Source: an uncultured Flavobacteriales bacterium (GTDB taxonomy: Bacteria; Bacteroidota; Bacteroidia; Flavobacteriales; UBA1820). From it: a stretch of DNA of 64,000 bases. Both the position numbers and the translations under genes were made by a program. Below the pieces are notes generated by a model that saw nothing but the letters and a program-made list of their open reading frames with translations, was not told the DNA's origin and searched no databases. Every line of letters begins with the position of its first letter. Positions within the stretch are counted from its first letter, which is position 1. The stretch spans positions 52,561-116,560 of the forward strand of contig CABQBC010000001.1 in NCBI GenBank assembly GCA_902462305.1, given 5' to 3'. This document shows, piece by piece, positions 48,488-56,702 of the stretch.

Positions 48488-49429
48488 TTACACTTTCAAC
48501 TGGGTCACATCCACTTTTTTAAGGTCGGTAGTACCGACACCTAGATTTTCACCACGGCCTATGTGCCCTACATCCTTTATGGACATTTCCTTCACTTTGT
48601 TGAAAAGGCTTACGGCAGCCGTATCGGCAGCGACCATATCCTGGGAAACTATCAGGGATTTTATCACGGCTGTATCACCGGCCGAACGTCCGCGCGGACC
48701 GTTCTGGAACATTATCCTGTATGCGTCTATTATATTGAGCGCTGGCTTTTTATCCCACGTACACACATCGGCGATACACTGCTGAAGGTCGCTTGAGTGG
48801 AAATATTCCCTGTCCCATACGATGCCCATCAGGTTTTTCATCGATATGGACATCTTCGCCCCGCCGTGATTTTTGAGTATCGGCATATTTATCCATACGT
48901 CGCAGTCGACCAACGCTTTGTGTATCTTGGTCTTTTTGAGCTTCACTGCCTTGGGCAGTTCCACCTCCACGTAATACGATTCCAGATCCGCCGGAAGCAC
49001 CTTGGCACCTGCATTCCTGGCCGCTTCTTCTATGCCGCTGTGGGCATACGAGGCTTTCCAGTTATCGCACGTATGGTCGAATACCACCACTTCCTTCGCT
49101 CCTGCGGCAAGACATTTTTTTACCATCGCCGCTACAAGTTCAGGGTTGGTATTTGCCGCCAGTTCCGGTGTTTTGTCCCATGCGATATTGGGTTTTATCA
49201 CTACTTTCTGGCCTTTTTTCACGTATTTTTCAATGCCGCCCAGTGCTTCGAGAGCCTTGTCGAGCATCTGTACCGGTTCGCCGCCCATAACGGCCACCAG
49301 ACGGGCTTTTTCGTCGTTCACCGCTTTAGGCACGGAAGACTGAGCCATGGCCTGTCTCAACCCTGAAAGGGTGAACATCGAAGCCACAGTGCCCAGTGCC
49401 GTAGTTTTAAGAAAATCCCTGCGTTTCAT
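48488..49429 (-). CDS. DUF362-domain protein with a twin-arginine (TAT) signal
   Basis: MKRRDFLKTTALGTVASMF TAT-type signal. The body resembles the DUF362 family (VVIKPNI..., NMPILKNHGGAKMS). Confidence 0.85.
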   Translation of the reverse strand: MKRRDFLKTTALGTVASMFTLSGLRQAMAQSSVPKAVNDEKARLVAVMGGEPVQMLDKALEALGGIEKYVKKGQKVVIKPNIAWDKTPELAANTNPELVAAMVKKCLAAGAKEVVVFDHTCDNWKASYAHSGIEEAARNAGAKVLPADLESYYVEVELPKAVKLKKTKIHKALVDCDVWINMPILKNHGGAKMSISMKNLMGIVWDREYFHSSDLQQCIADVCTWDKKPALNIIDAYRIMFQNGPRGRSAGDTAVIKSLIVSQDMVAADTAAVSLFNKVKEMSIKDVGHIGRGENLGVGTTDLKKVDVTQLKV

Positions 49430-49474
49430 AATTATATTGCGTTTTTTATTTATCAGACTGCCGCCGTAATATCC

Positions 49475-49873
49475 TTACAACAGCCAAGGAAACGGGAAGC
49501 ACGGCCCGTTATAAAGCGCATAATCGGCATTACCGTTCACGGCGAACGTCTTTACGACCGCAGCCCCGTCCAACAGTTTTTTTGCATACTCTATCGTAGT
49601 TCCGGTCTTTATCCTGTCTTCGACCAACAGTATCCGTTTGCCCCGGTATTCGAAATCGACAGGAGAAAGCAGTTTCGGTTCGTCGTAAAGACGATTGTGG
49701 CATGCGTCGCGCAAATTCAACCGCAGCAGGTACACCGGCAGCGACAATTTGCGGCACAGTATCCCGGCAGGCACGATACCACCGTTGGCAACAGCCACTA
49801 TCATATCGAAGGACTCGGTTATATCTATCCGGCGAAACCTTTCGAGAATTTCTTCAAATGTTTTTCCGTCCAT
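49475..49873 (-). CDS. Small phosphoribosyltransferase (type I PRT fold, 132 aa)
   Basis: PRPP-binding loop ILLVEDRIKTGTT. It is shorter than typical Hpt/Gpt/Apt enzymes. Confidence 0.8.
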   Translation of the reverse strand: MDGKTFEEILERFRRIDITESFDMIVAVANGGIVPAGILCRKLSLPVYLLRLNLRDACHNRLYDEPKLLSPVDFEYRGKRILLVEDRIKTGTTIEYAKKLLDGAAVVKTFAVNGNADYALYNGPCFPFPWLL

Positions 49874-49881
49874 TTTTCACC

Positions 49882-50394
49882 TCAGGATTTAGTCATCACC
49901 CTGAGCAGTGCGTAACCGGCAAACACCTGAAGCAGCATTCCCGGAACACCTGTGCGGAAATCGGCCAATGCGGCTGCCAACGAACCGGTAAACGCCCATT
50001 CGAACGCCGAACCTGCCACCTGATATGATACCACGGTGAGCAAAACAGCCCACAAAGCCGCCCGTCCTGCCCTTTTCGCAAAGTAAGATGCTGCTACGGC
50101 GGCCAATACCGACTTGAACATTATAACAGGAAGCACACCGGCAGGAGGCATACCGAACAACAGGTTATTGGCCAGCGGCGATAAAACCGCAGTCATCAAT
50201 CCCACGTAAAGCCCGTATTTGTAAGCGCCTACAATTGTGAAAAAATATATCGGAAGAAAAACGAAACCTCCTCCCGGTACAAGGTGTACCAATTGCGGAA
50301 AAGCTATATTGGCCGCAGTGAAAACCACAGCGGCGAAAAGAGTCCTCGCGCTTACCAGCGGCAAAGAATACAATTTTACGGTTTGTACAGACAT
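49882..50394 (-). CDS. ECF-transporter S (substrate-capture) component-like membrane protein
   Basis: 170 aa, 5-6 TM segments. The ECF_trnsprt-like pattern is recalled from memory. No EcfA or EcfT genes are in the window. Confidence 0.65.
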   Translation of the reverse strand: MSVQTVKLYSLPLVSARTLFAAVVFTAANIAFPQLVHLVPGGGFVFLPIYFFTIVGAYKYGLYVGLMTAVLSPLANNLLFGMPPAGVLPVIMFKSVLAAVAASYFAKRAGRAALWAVLLTVVSYQVAGSAFEWAFTGSLAAALADFRTGVPGMLLQVFAGYALLRVMTKS

Positions 50395-50400
50395 ATTTTA

Positions 50401-50483
50401 TTTTAAATTTCGCGGGCAGAGCCCGTTCGATATTAATATCTGTCCAGCCGGGGGCACCCGGCCGGATTGCAGTTTATTTTATT
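50401..50483. repeat. Intergenic repeat family, copy C (short variant with internal deletions)
   Basis: Shares both ends with copies A and B (TTTTAAA..GCGGGCAGAGCCCG and AATATCTGTCCAGCCGGGGGCACCCGGCCGGATTGCAGTTTATTTTAT). The CAGGCATAGCCTG and GAATGTCTGTTG modules are missing. Confidence 0.8.
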
Positions 50484-50618
50484 ATGTTTTTAATGTTAAC
50501 TGTCAAATATAGCGAAATTCATCCAACATAAAACACGCGTCAATATTATTTAACGTATTTACGGACATATTCCTTCCGATACTCCGGAGGCAACATAAAT
50601 TACGCGCGACACAAAATA

Positions 50619-51707
50619 TTAACGGCTTATAAAATGTGAAGCTATAGAGCCCACCGCCCTGATCTTGCGGCATGTTTCGTCCCATTCTGACGAAGGATCG
50701 CTCATTCCGGTAATACCTCCGCCGGCGTACAGCGTCAGATGATCATCGTGTATCTGCATGCAGCGTATATTGACATAAAGTTCGGCAGTCCTGTCTCCCG
50801 ACATATTCACCTCGCCCAGATACCCGCCGTAAAACGCCCTGGAGTGCTTTTCATACCTCGACAGAAAAGCCATGGCCGCTTTTTTGGGATATCCCGACAG
50901 TGCCGGCGTGGGAGCCAGATCCGACAATAGTTTTCCGAAGTCCGTAGCAAGGGTTTCACGTCCGGAAATGTGGCTGCACAAGTGTACTACGGGACCCGCG
51001 CAATGGTTTCCCGGTTCGGTGACCTTTACGTGTTCTACCGCATTATTTTCAAAAGCCTCGCCTATGGCCAGGCTTACAACTGCCTGTTCCTCGACATTCT
51101 TCTTGTCCCACGAATACTTTTGCCCGCCTGAAAAAGGCATAGTCCCGGCCAAAGACATTGTATGCAGACTGCCGCCACGGCGCAAAAGAAGAAGTTCCGG
51201 CGTAGCCCCCATCCACCTTCCTATCTGCGGATGCGAAAAATAATACGCCATAGCCTCAGGATAACGGCGTACAATGGCGGCAAACATTCCGGCAAAATCA
51301 GCCTTGCGGTAATCCATCCGCAGGGTACGCGAAGCGACTATTTTTTTAACTCCGCCCTCGTTTATCTCGTTTACGGCCGTGCGCACCAATTTTTCATACT
51401 CTTCACGCGCCCCGGTATCGTCTCCGCAGTCAAAAGGCGCATTGCCCGGTATTTCCGCTTCCGGCAATCCCGAAACGGGAAACGCCGTCACTACCGAAGG
51501 CGAAATGAGCACCGACGGCAGCGTATCCGATGCGAACGGCGCGAAAACGAATCCTTTCTCACGATCCGGATCGGAGAGTATATTCAGCCCCGGCGCACTG
51601 TCGATAATCACATTTACAGTGTCTTCGCCCGGAAAACGGTACATAGCGAACGGATGTCCGCCTTTTTCGAGCGTTCTGAAAAATTCCGCAAAATCTATGT
51701 TGTTCAT
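50619..51707 (-). CDS. menF: Isochorismate synthase (MenF/EntC family chorismate-binding enzyme)
   Basis: 362 aa with the chorismate-binding core (TPELLL, GGYLG, ELYVNIRCMQI, AGGGIT..S.P..EW.ET). Confidence 0.88.
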   Translation of the reverse strand: MNNIDFAEFFRTLEKGGHPFAMYRFPGEDTVNVIIDSAPGLNILSDPDREKGFVFAPFASDTLPSVLISPSVVTAFPVSGLPEAEIPGNAPFDCGDDTGAREEYEKLVRTAVNEINEGGVKKIVASRTLRMDYRKADFAGMFAAIVRRYPEAMAYYFSHPQIGRWMGATPELLLLRRGGSLHTMSLAGTMPFSGGQKYSWDKKNVEEQAVVSLAIGEAFENNAVEHVKVTEPGNHCAGPVVHLCSHISGRETLATDFGKLLSDLAPTPALSGYPKKAAMAFLSRYEKHSRAFYGGYLGEVNMSGDRTAELYVNIRCMQIHDDHLTLYAGGGITGMSDPSSEWDETCRKIRAVGSIASHFISR

Positions 51708-51746
51708 ATCTTTTTTCCGTTACAATTCATCCGAAACAATTTACGG

Positions 51747-51901
51747 CACAGGCATAGCCTGTTCAATAGGCCGTTTCTGTTCCGCCGGGAGCACCCTGCC
51801 CGCAGGCATAGCCTGTTTGATATTCTCTTCCGTCCAGTGAGGCCTCTCACCCGCAGGCATAGCCTGTTTGATATTCTCTTCTGTCCAGTAAGGCCTCTCA
51901 C
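51747..51901. repeat. Repeat family locus D: one degenerate unit plus two tandem 51-bp units
   Basis: 51800-51850 and 51851-51901 differ at 2 of 51 positions. Each starts with CCGCAGGCATAGCCTGTTTGATATT, shared with copy A. A degenerate core lies at 51749-51761. Confidence 0.9.
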
Positions 51902-51915
51902 CCGACTGTACGGTC

Positions 51916-52362
51916 TTATCCCAGAACCTCCTTCGGCATGACGATATTAGTCACCTTGCCGTGCGATATCAGCCGTCCGTCCTGGTTCACCACCTTGACC
52001 TGCCACAGCTGAGTGGAGCGCCCTATATGTATGGCTTTGGCCGTAGCCGTGAGTACGTCTCCCTTGCGGCCGGTGCTGACGTGGTTCGCCGATACGTCTA
52101 TTCCGAGCACCACTTCTTTCTCCGGGTCCATGAAAAGCAGCGAAGCGGAACTGCCGACGGTTTCTATCAATGCCATCGTGGCGCCTCCATGAACTATCCC
52201 CCCCGGACGCATCATATTGTCACCAACCGTCATACGGCATGAAAGGCTTTTTTCTCCAGCTTCGGTGTACTCTATGCCGAACGTTTCCATCAGAGTGCCT
52301 GGGCACATCGCGTTGAGCCGGCGCAGTATTTCGCCTTCGGGCAAGTCTATTCTGTTCTTCAA
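51916..52362 (-). CDS. PaaI/hotdog-fold thioesterase (DHNA-CoA/EntH-like)
   Basis: 148 aa with the GIVHGGATMALIETVGS motif typical of the PaaI/YbdB/MenI clade. Confidence 0.85.
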   Translation of the reverse strand: MKNRIDLPEGEILRRLNAMCPGTLMETFGIEYTEAGEKSLSCRMTVGDNMMRPGGIVHGGATMALIETVGSSASLLFMDPEKEVVLGIDVSANHVSTGRKGDVLTATAKAIHIGRSTQLWQVKVVNQDGRLISHGKVTNIVMPKEVLG

Positions 52363-52464
52363 TTCAATTTATGTATTTATCGCGGTTGTCCGCAGTTAAT
52401 ATATTTATTTTCAAGCATATTTCAAATACAATGCTTCCTTCAGGCACACATGTGCAATATCGGC

Positions 52465-53238
52465 CTAAAACTCCAGCTGCAAGGTGTCGTAGGCCAGGCT
52501 GACGCCTTCGGGCAATTGTTTTTCAGCCTCGGCCGAAAAACCCATGGCTTCGCTTATGTGAGTCAGGTACGCCCGCCGGGGAGCGACTTTTCCTATGACT
52601 TCCAACACCTCAGGCAGTATCATGTGCGTAGGATGCGGGTCGGTAAACCTCAGGCAGTTTATCACCAGTATGTCCAGCCCGCGCAGTTTGTCGTACGAAC
52701 TTTCAAACATCTTTTTCACGTCCGTAAGGTACGCCATTTTTCCTATCCTGTAACCCGTCACATCTATCCACCCGTGATTGGCAGGCACGGGCGTGACCTC
52801 TACCCCGCCTACTTGGAACGGTTCGTCGGTTATGATATGTTCGGCTACGGTAGGCGCTCCGGGATACCTGTCGGCACCTTTCGCGAAAACGTAGGCGAAA
52901 CGCGCCTTTATGGACTCCATGACGTCTTCCTTTGCGTACAGGTCTATATCGTGGCTTCGGAAATAACATATCGGCCTCACGTCGTCCAAACCGGCGGTAT
53001 GGTCGGCATGGGCATGCGTGAACAATATTCCGTCCAGATCGTCCAACCCCGCACGGAGCATCTGGTACCGGAAATCCGGGCCGCAGTCTATCAGTATTAT
53101 ATGCCCGTCGTCGGTTACAACCGCAGCAGATGTGCGCAGGCGGTTGTCATGAGGATCACGGGAACGCGACACCGGACTCTTACTGCCTATTATCGGCACG
53201 CCCTGCGATGTTCCTGTCCCTAAAAATATCAGTTTCAT
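52465..53238 (-). CDS. MBL-fold metallo-hydrolase (PhnP/GPMB-like)
   Basis: HAHADH metal-binding motif and the N-terminal FLGTGTSQGVP. Confidence 0.85.
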   Translation of the reverse strand: MKLIFLGTGTSQGVPIIGSKSPVSRSRDPHDNRLRTSAAVVTDDGHIILIDCGPDFRYQMLRAGLDDLDGILFTHAHADHTAGLDDVRPICYFRSHDIDLYAKEDVMESIKARFAYVFAKGADRYPGAPTVAEHIITDEPFQVGGVEVTPVPANHGWIDVTGYRIGKMAYLTDVKKMFESSYDKLRGLDILVINCLRFTDPHPTHMILPEVLEVIGKVAPRRAYLTHISEAMGFSAEAEKQLPEGVSLAYDTLQLEF

Positions 53239-56141
53239 TATGCTTTATACTTTTTTACCGTCTTTTTACCTGTAAAAAGCCTCACAGCCTCTCCCGCCCA
53301 CAGAACTACGGACGAACCGCCGAGTACCCATATCCACTGTTCCATAGAAAGAGCCTCGGTACGGAATACATCGCCGCCGTAAGTGACTATCAGCACCTGC
53401 CCCGCCACAATGGCAAGAAGTACCAGTACGAACGTCAGGCTCTGCCCCATGCCGGCAAAAGCCGAACGACCGGAAGCGAATGCCTTTACGTTCATAAGGT
53501 TCCACACCTGCATCATCACGAACAGCGTGAAAAACATGGACAGTTCCGCTCGCGAAACGCCTCCCTGCGTATGGTAAAACCACCACAGCACACCCAGAAG
53601 CCCTGCCGCTGACAGTATGCCGGTCACGAAAATCGAACGTTTCATCGAATGCGTGATGATAAACGCCGAAGCATCGCGTGGCGCATCGTCCATAACCCTG
53701 CGGTCGGGCGGCAGCGAAGCCAGCGCGCCTGCGGCCAGAGTATCCATAATGAGATTTACCCACAGCATCTGGGTGACGCTCAAAGGCATTTCCGTGCCGA
53801 AAGCAGAACCGAGGAACACTATCAACAACGCCACGAGGTTAATCGTCAACTGAAACACGATAAAACGTTGTATGTTCTTATACAACGAACGCCCCCACAT
53901 AACGGCAGTAGCTATCGAAGCGAAAGAATCGTCTATTATAGTTATATCGCTGGCTTCCTTGGCAACGGACGTACCGGTACCCATAGAAAGCCCAACATCG
54001 GCGAAATTCAGAGCCGGAGCGTCGTTAGTGCCGTCGCCTGTCACCGCCACCACTTCTCCTTTTTTCTGGAGAAGCTGTACCAGACGTTGCTTGTCCATAG
54101 GCCGTGCGCGCGCCATTATCTTCAGTGCCTGCACGCGGGCAATGGCTTCTTCATCGGTCAGGGAGGCGAATTCAGGCCCGGTTATGATATTTTCTGCGGC
54201 ATCGGAAGTGTCGTCCCACAGACCTATCTGGCGCGCTATCTCGCGTGCCGTGGCTGGAGTGTCACCCGTTACTATCTTCACGGCAATACCTGCGCTCCGG
54301 CATTCGGCGACAGCCTGTCCGACGTCCTCCCGCACAGGGTCGGAAATGGCGGCCACACCCAAAAACACGAGTCCTCTTTCAGCCAATTTTTCCACCGGAG
54401 TTTCAGCATCGGCAGGGTCTGTTTCCGCATAGGCAAAACCGAGCGTACGCATGGCCATATCCTGATAACGCGACAGAGTAGCGCGCACGTCAGCCTCTAT
54501 GTCAGCTACCGGAACATCCCCTTCGGGCATGGCTGCCAAGGAACATTTCGACAGCACTATCTCCGGAGCGCCTTTTATGAACAACAGGGATTTCCCTCCC
54601 CCGTCCTTTATGAGCGTACCCATGTATTTGCGTTCGGTCGAAAAAGTTAGCTGGCTTACCGTTTCAACAGATTCACGGAGTTTTTCATAATCCTGTCCCT
54701 GCCCGCGCAGCCACAACAGGAGCGCAGCCTCCGTAGGATTTCCTATCGTATGGACAACGCCCGATGAATCCACGTCGAGAAACGCCGTGGAATTGACGGC
54801 TATACCTGTATTTATTATTTCCTGCATTCCGCCGCCATCGGCGCTTCCGCCTTTGTGCGGGCCGAAATCCGTTTCATACACCTGCATACGGTTCTGTGTC
54901 AGCGTTCCCGTCTTGTCGGTACAGATAACCGTTATAGCGCCCATAGTCTCGCAGGCATGCATCTTGCGCACCAGATTGTTGCTCTTGAGCATACGCCGCA
55001 TACTGAGTGCAAGCGACAGCGTGACGCTCATCGGCAGACCTTCGGGCACTACCACCACTATCAAAGTCACTGCTACCATCATATAACCCAATATCCGGGC
55101 CAATATTCCAAGCGGTATCCAGTTTTCATCGTCCATAGGATTTATGCCGAAAGCATACTCCGCCCCTGCGAAAACAACCATGACCCCGGCAGCTCCGAGC
55201 ACCCATGCCCACCACGGACTTTTTCTTATCCAGCGCGGCGTGGAAACATTTTTATTCTTAAGCGCTATGACGTTGTAAATAACCGGCACCCACATTTTAA
55301 ATCCAAGCACCAGCAACGCCAGCACTATCGCGCCGAGCGAGACGAGCTGCAGCGTATCGAAATCCTGGACCCCGAAAAATATGTCCTTGACAAACAATAT
55401 GGCGAATATGAGGAAGGCGAATGCAAACCCCATGACGCTTATGAATTTCGCCAATCCTTCGAGCTGGCGGTTAAGCGGTGTCTGCTGCTCGTTTCTGGCC
55501 GTGGACTGTTGGGCCACCCGGCCGAATTCAGTCTCGTCGCCAACGGCCGTAACGGTCATTTCCCCATGGCCGTCGGTAACGGTTGTACCGCGCATGGCCA
55601 TATCCGTAGGATAAGTAGCTTCAGTGTCGAAATCCTCCGGGTACGTACTTTTGCTTATCACAGGCTCGCCCGTAAGGCACGATTCGTTCACCTGAAGCGA
55701 TACCGCTTCCGACAGGCGTCCGTCCGCAGGTATTTCGTCACCCTGGGCCAGTACCACCACATCGCCCACCACCACATCGCGTTTGGGTATCTCGTGTACT
55801 TTGCCGTCGCGGTACACTTTGACCGGAGTGTCATCGTTTACCCGGTTTAAAAGGTCGAACTTTTTGCCGGCGTCCCATTCGAAGAAAAAACCGACGCACG
55901 TGGCCAACAGTATAGCCGCAACTATTCCTATCGTTTCAATATATTCGCCCTCGACGGCCGCTATCAGAAACGACAGCAAAGCGGCGACGAGCAATATTTC
56001 TATTATCGGGTCTTTGAATTTTTCCAGAAGCAACTTCCACACCGGGTCTTTTTTTGCCGGAGTAACTATGTTCGGACCGTGTTGTTGCCGGCTGCGCTCC
56101 GCCTGGGCGGATGTCAGACCTTTTTTAATATTATCAGACAT
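53238..56141 (-). CDS. P-type II cation (Ca2+-type) transporting ATPase
   Basis: 967 aa with TGEP, ICTDKTGTLTQN phosphorylation site, TGDTPATA, VTGDGTNDAPAL and 10 TM segments. The stop overlaps the next gene's start by 1 nt. Confidence 0.95.
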   Translation of the reverse strand: MSDNIKKGLTSAQAERSRQQHGPNIVTPAKKDPVWKLLLEKFKDPIIEILLVAALLSFLIAAVEGEYIETIGIVAAILLATCVGFFFEWDAGKKFDLLNRVNDDTPVKVYRDGKVHEIPKRDVVVGDVVVLAQGDEIPADGRLSEAVSLQVNESCLTGEPVISKSTYPEDFDTEATYPTDMAMRGTTVTDGHGEMTVTAVGDETEFGRVAQQSTARNEQQTPLNRQLEGLAKFISVMGFAFAFLIFAILFVKDIFFGVQDFDTLQLVSLGAIVLALLVLGFKMWVPVIYNVIALKNKNVSTPRWIRKSPWWAWVLGAAGVMVVFAGAEYAFGINPMDDENWIPLGILARILGYMMVAVTLIVVVVPEGLPMSVTLSLALSMRRMLKSNNLVRKMHACETMGAITVICTDKTGTLTQNRMQVYETDFGPHKGGSADGGGMQEIINTGIAVNSTAFLDVDSSGVVHTIGNPTEAALLLWLRGQGQDYEKLRESVETVSQLTFSTERKYMGTLIKDGGGKSLLFIKGAPEIVLSKCSLAAMPEGDVPVADIEADVRATLSRYQDMAMRTLGFAYAETDPADAETPVEKLAERGLVFLGVAAISDPVREDVGQAVAECRSAGIAVKIVTGDTPATAREIARQIGLWDDTSDAAENIITGPEFASLTDEEAIARVQALKIMARARPMDKQRLVQLLQKKGEVVAVTGDGTNDAPALNFADVGLSMGTGTSVAKEASDITIIDDSFASIATAVMWGRSLYKNIQRFIVFQLTINLVALLIVFLGSAFGTEMPLSVTQMLWVNLIMDTLAAGALASLPPDRRVMDDAPRDASAFIITHSMKRSIFVTGILSAAGLLGVLWWFYHTQGGVSRAELSMFFTLFVMMQVWNLMNVKAFASGRSAFAGMGQSLTFVLVLLAIVAGQVLIVTYGGDVFRTEALSMEQWIWVLGGSSVVLWAGEAVRLFTGKKTVKKYKA

Positions 56142-56408
56142 ATATTCGGTTATTTCATTCCACGCTTTTTTGAATACACATGTGTAAAATGCTTCCTCCG
56201 TGGCGCGAGCTCCGGGTTGGCTAATTTACAAAATTAAGCCATTAACCACTCCCAAGGAAACGGTATGCCATTAAATAATTGTAAAATCGCACTCCGCAGT
56301 TTTACAAAAAACCCTTTTTAATATTTTTTAAAAATTTAGGGCTCCCATATTTTTTTATCCTGTTAATAATGCATAATTTCACTGCCATAAAACTATGACG
56401 CTGCAACT

Positions 56409-56636
56409 ATGGGTACGATAGGGAAGATATACCGATTCTACCGCGACGGCTTCCGCGAAATGACCACCGGACGCACCCTCTGGGTGATAATACTGGTCAA
56501 ATTGTTCATCATGTTCGCCATACTGAAAGTGTTTTTCTTCCCGGATTTCCTCTCCTCGCGCTTTGGAAGCGATGCGGAAAAAAGCGATTACGTATCAGGA
56601 CAACTTGTAAAGAACCTGCCTGGCGACGAAACTTAA
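56409..56636 (+). CDS. DUF4492-like small membrane protein preceding cydAB
   Basis: 75 aa. YRFYRDGFREMT.GRTLW.I is the pattern conserved upstream of Bacteroidetes cydA. Confidence 0.8.
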   Translation: MGTIGKIYRFYRDGFREMTTGRTLWVIILVKLFIMFAILKVFFFPDFLSSRFGSDAEKSDYVSGQLVKNLPGDET

Positions 56637-56702
56637 AAAACAAACACAGCAATATACTTTTCCTCCCCGCTTAAGGTGAGGCGTAATAAAACAAACAGGA
56701 CT

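Noticed and set aside
51704-51901. 65-aa ORF with an internal 17-aa repeat (RGLTG.KRISNRLCLR twice)
   Set aside because: It is an artefact of the 51-bp tandem DNA repeat lying between two real genes on the same strand. It is Arg/Cys-rich and not protein-like.
51747-51901. Possible CRISPR array
   Set aside because: There are only two full units plus one degenerate unit, directly abutting with no unique spacers. No cas genes are in the window, and the units belong to a dispersed repeat family.
53649-55850. Long antisense 'shadow' ORFs (for example 53649-54650, 54855-55850, 25381-26334, 27838-28683, 42369-43256, 59676-61097, 13580-14317)
   Set aside because: Each lies opposite a gene with strong family motifs. 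Their translations are Arg/His/Tyr-rich with no recognisable domains, which is typical of non-coding frames.
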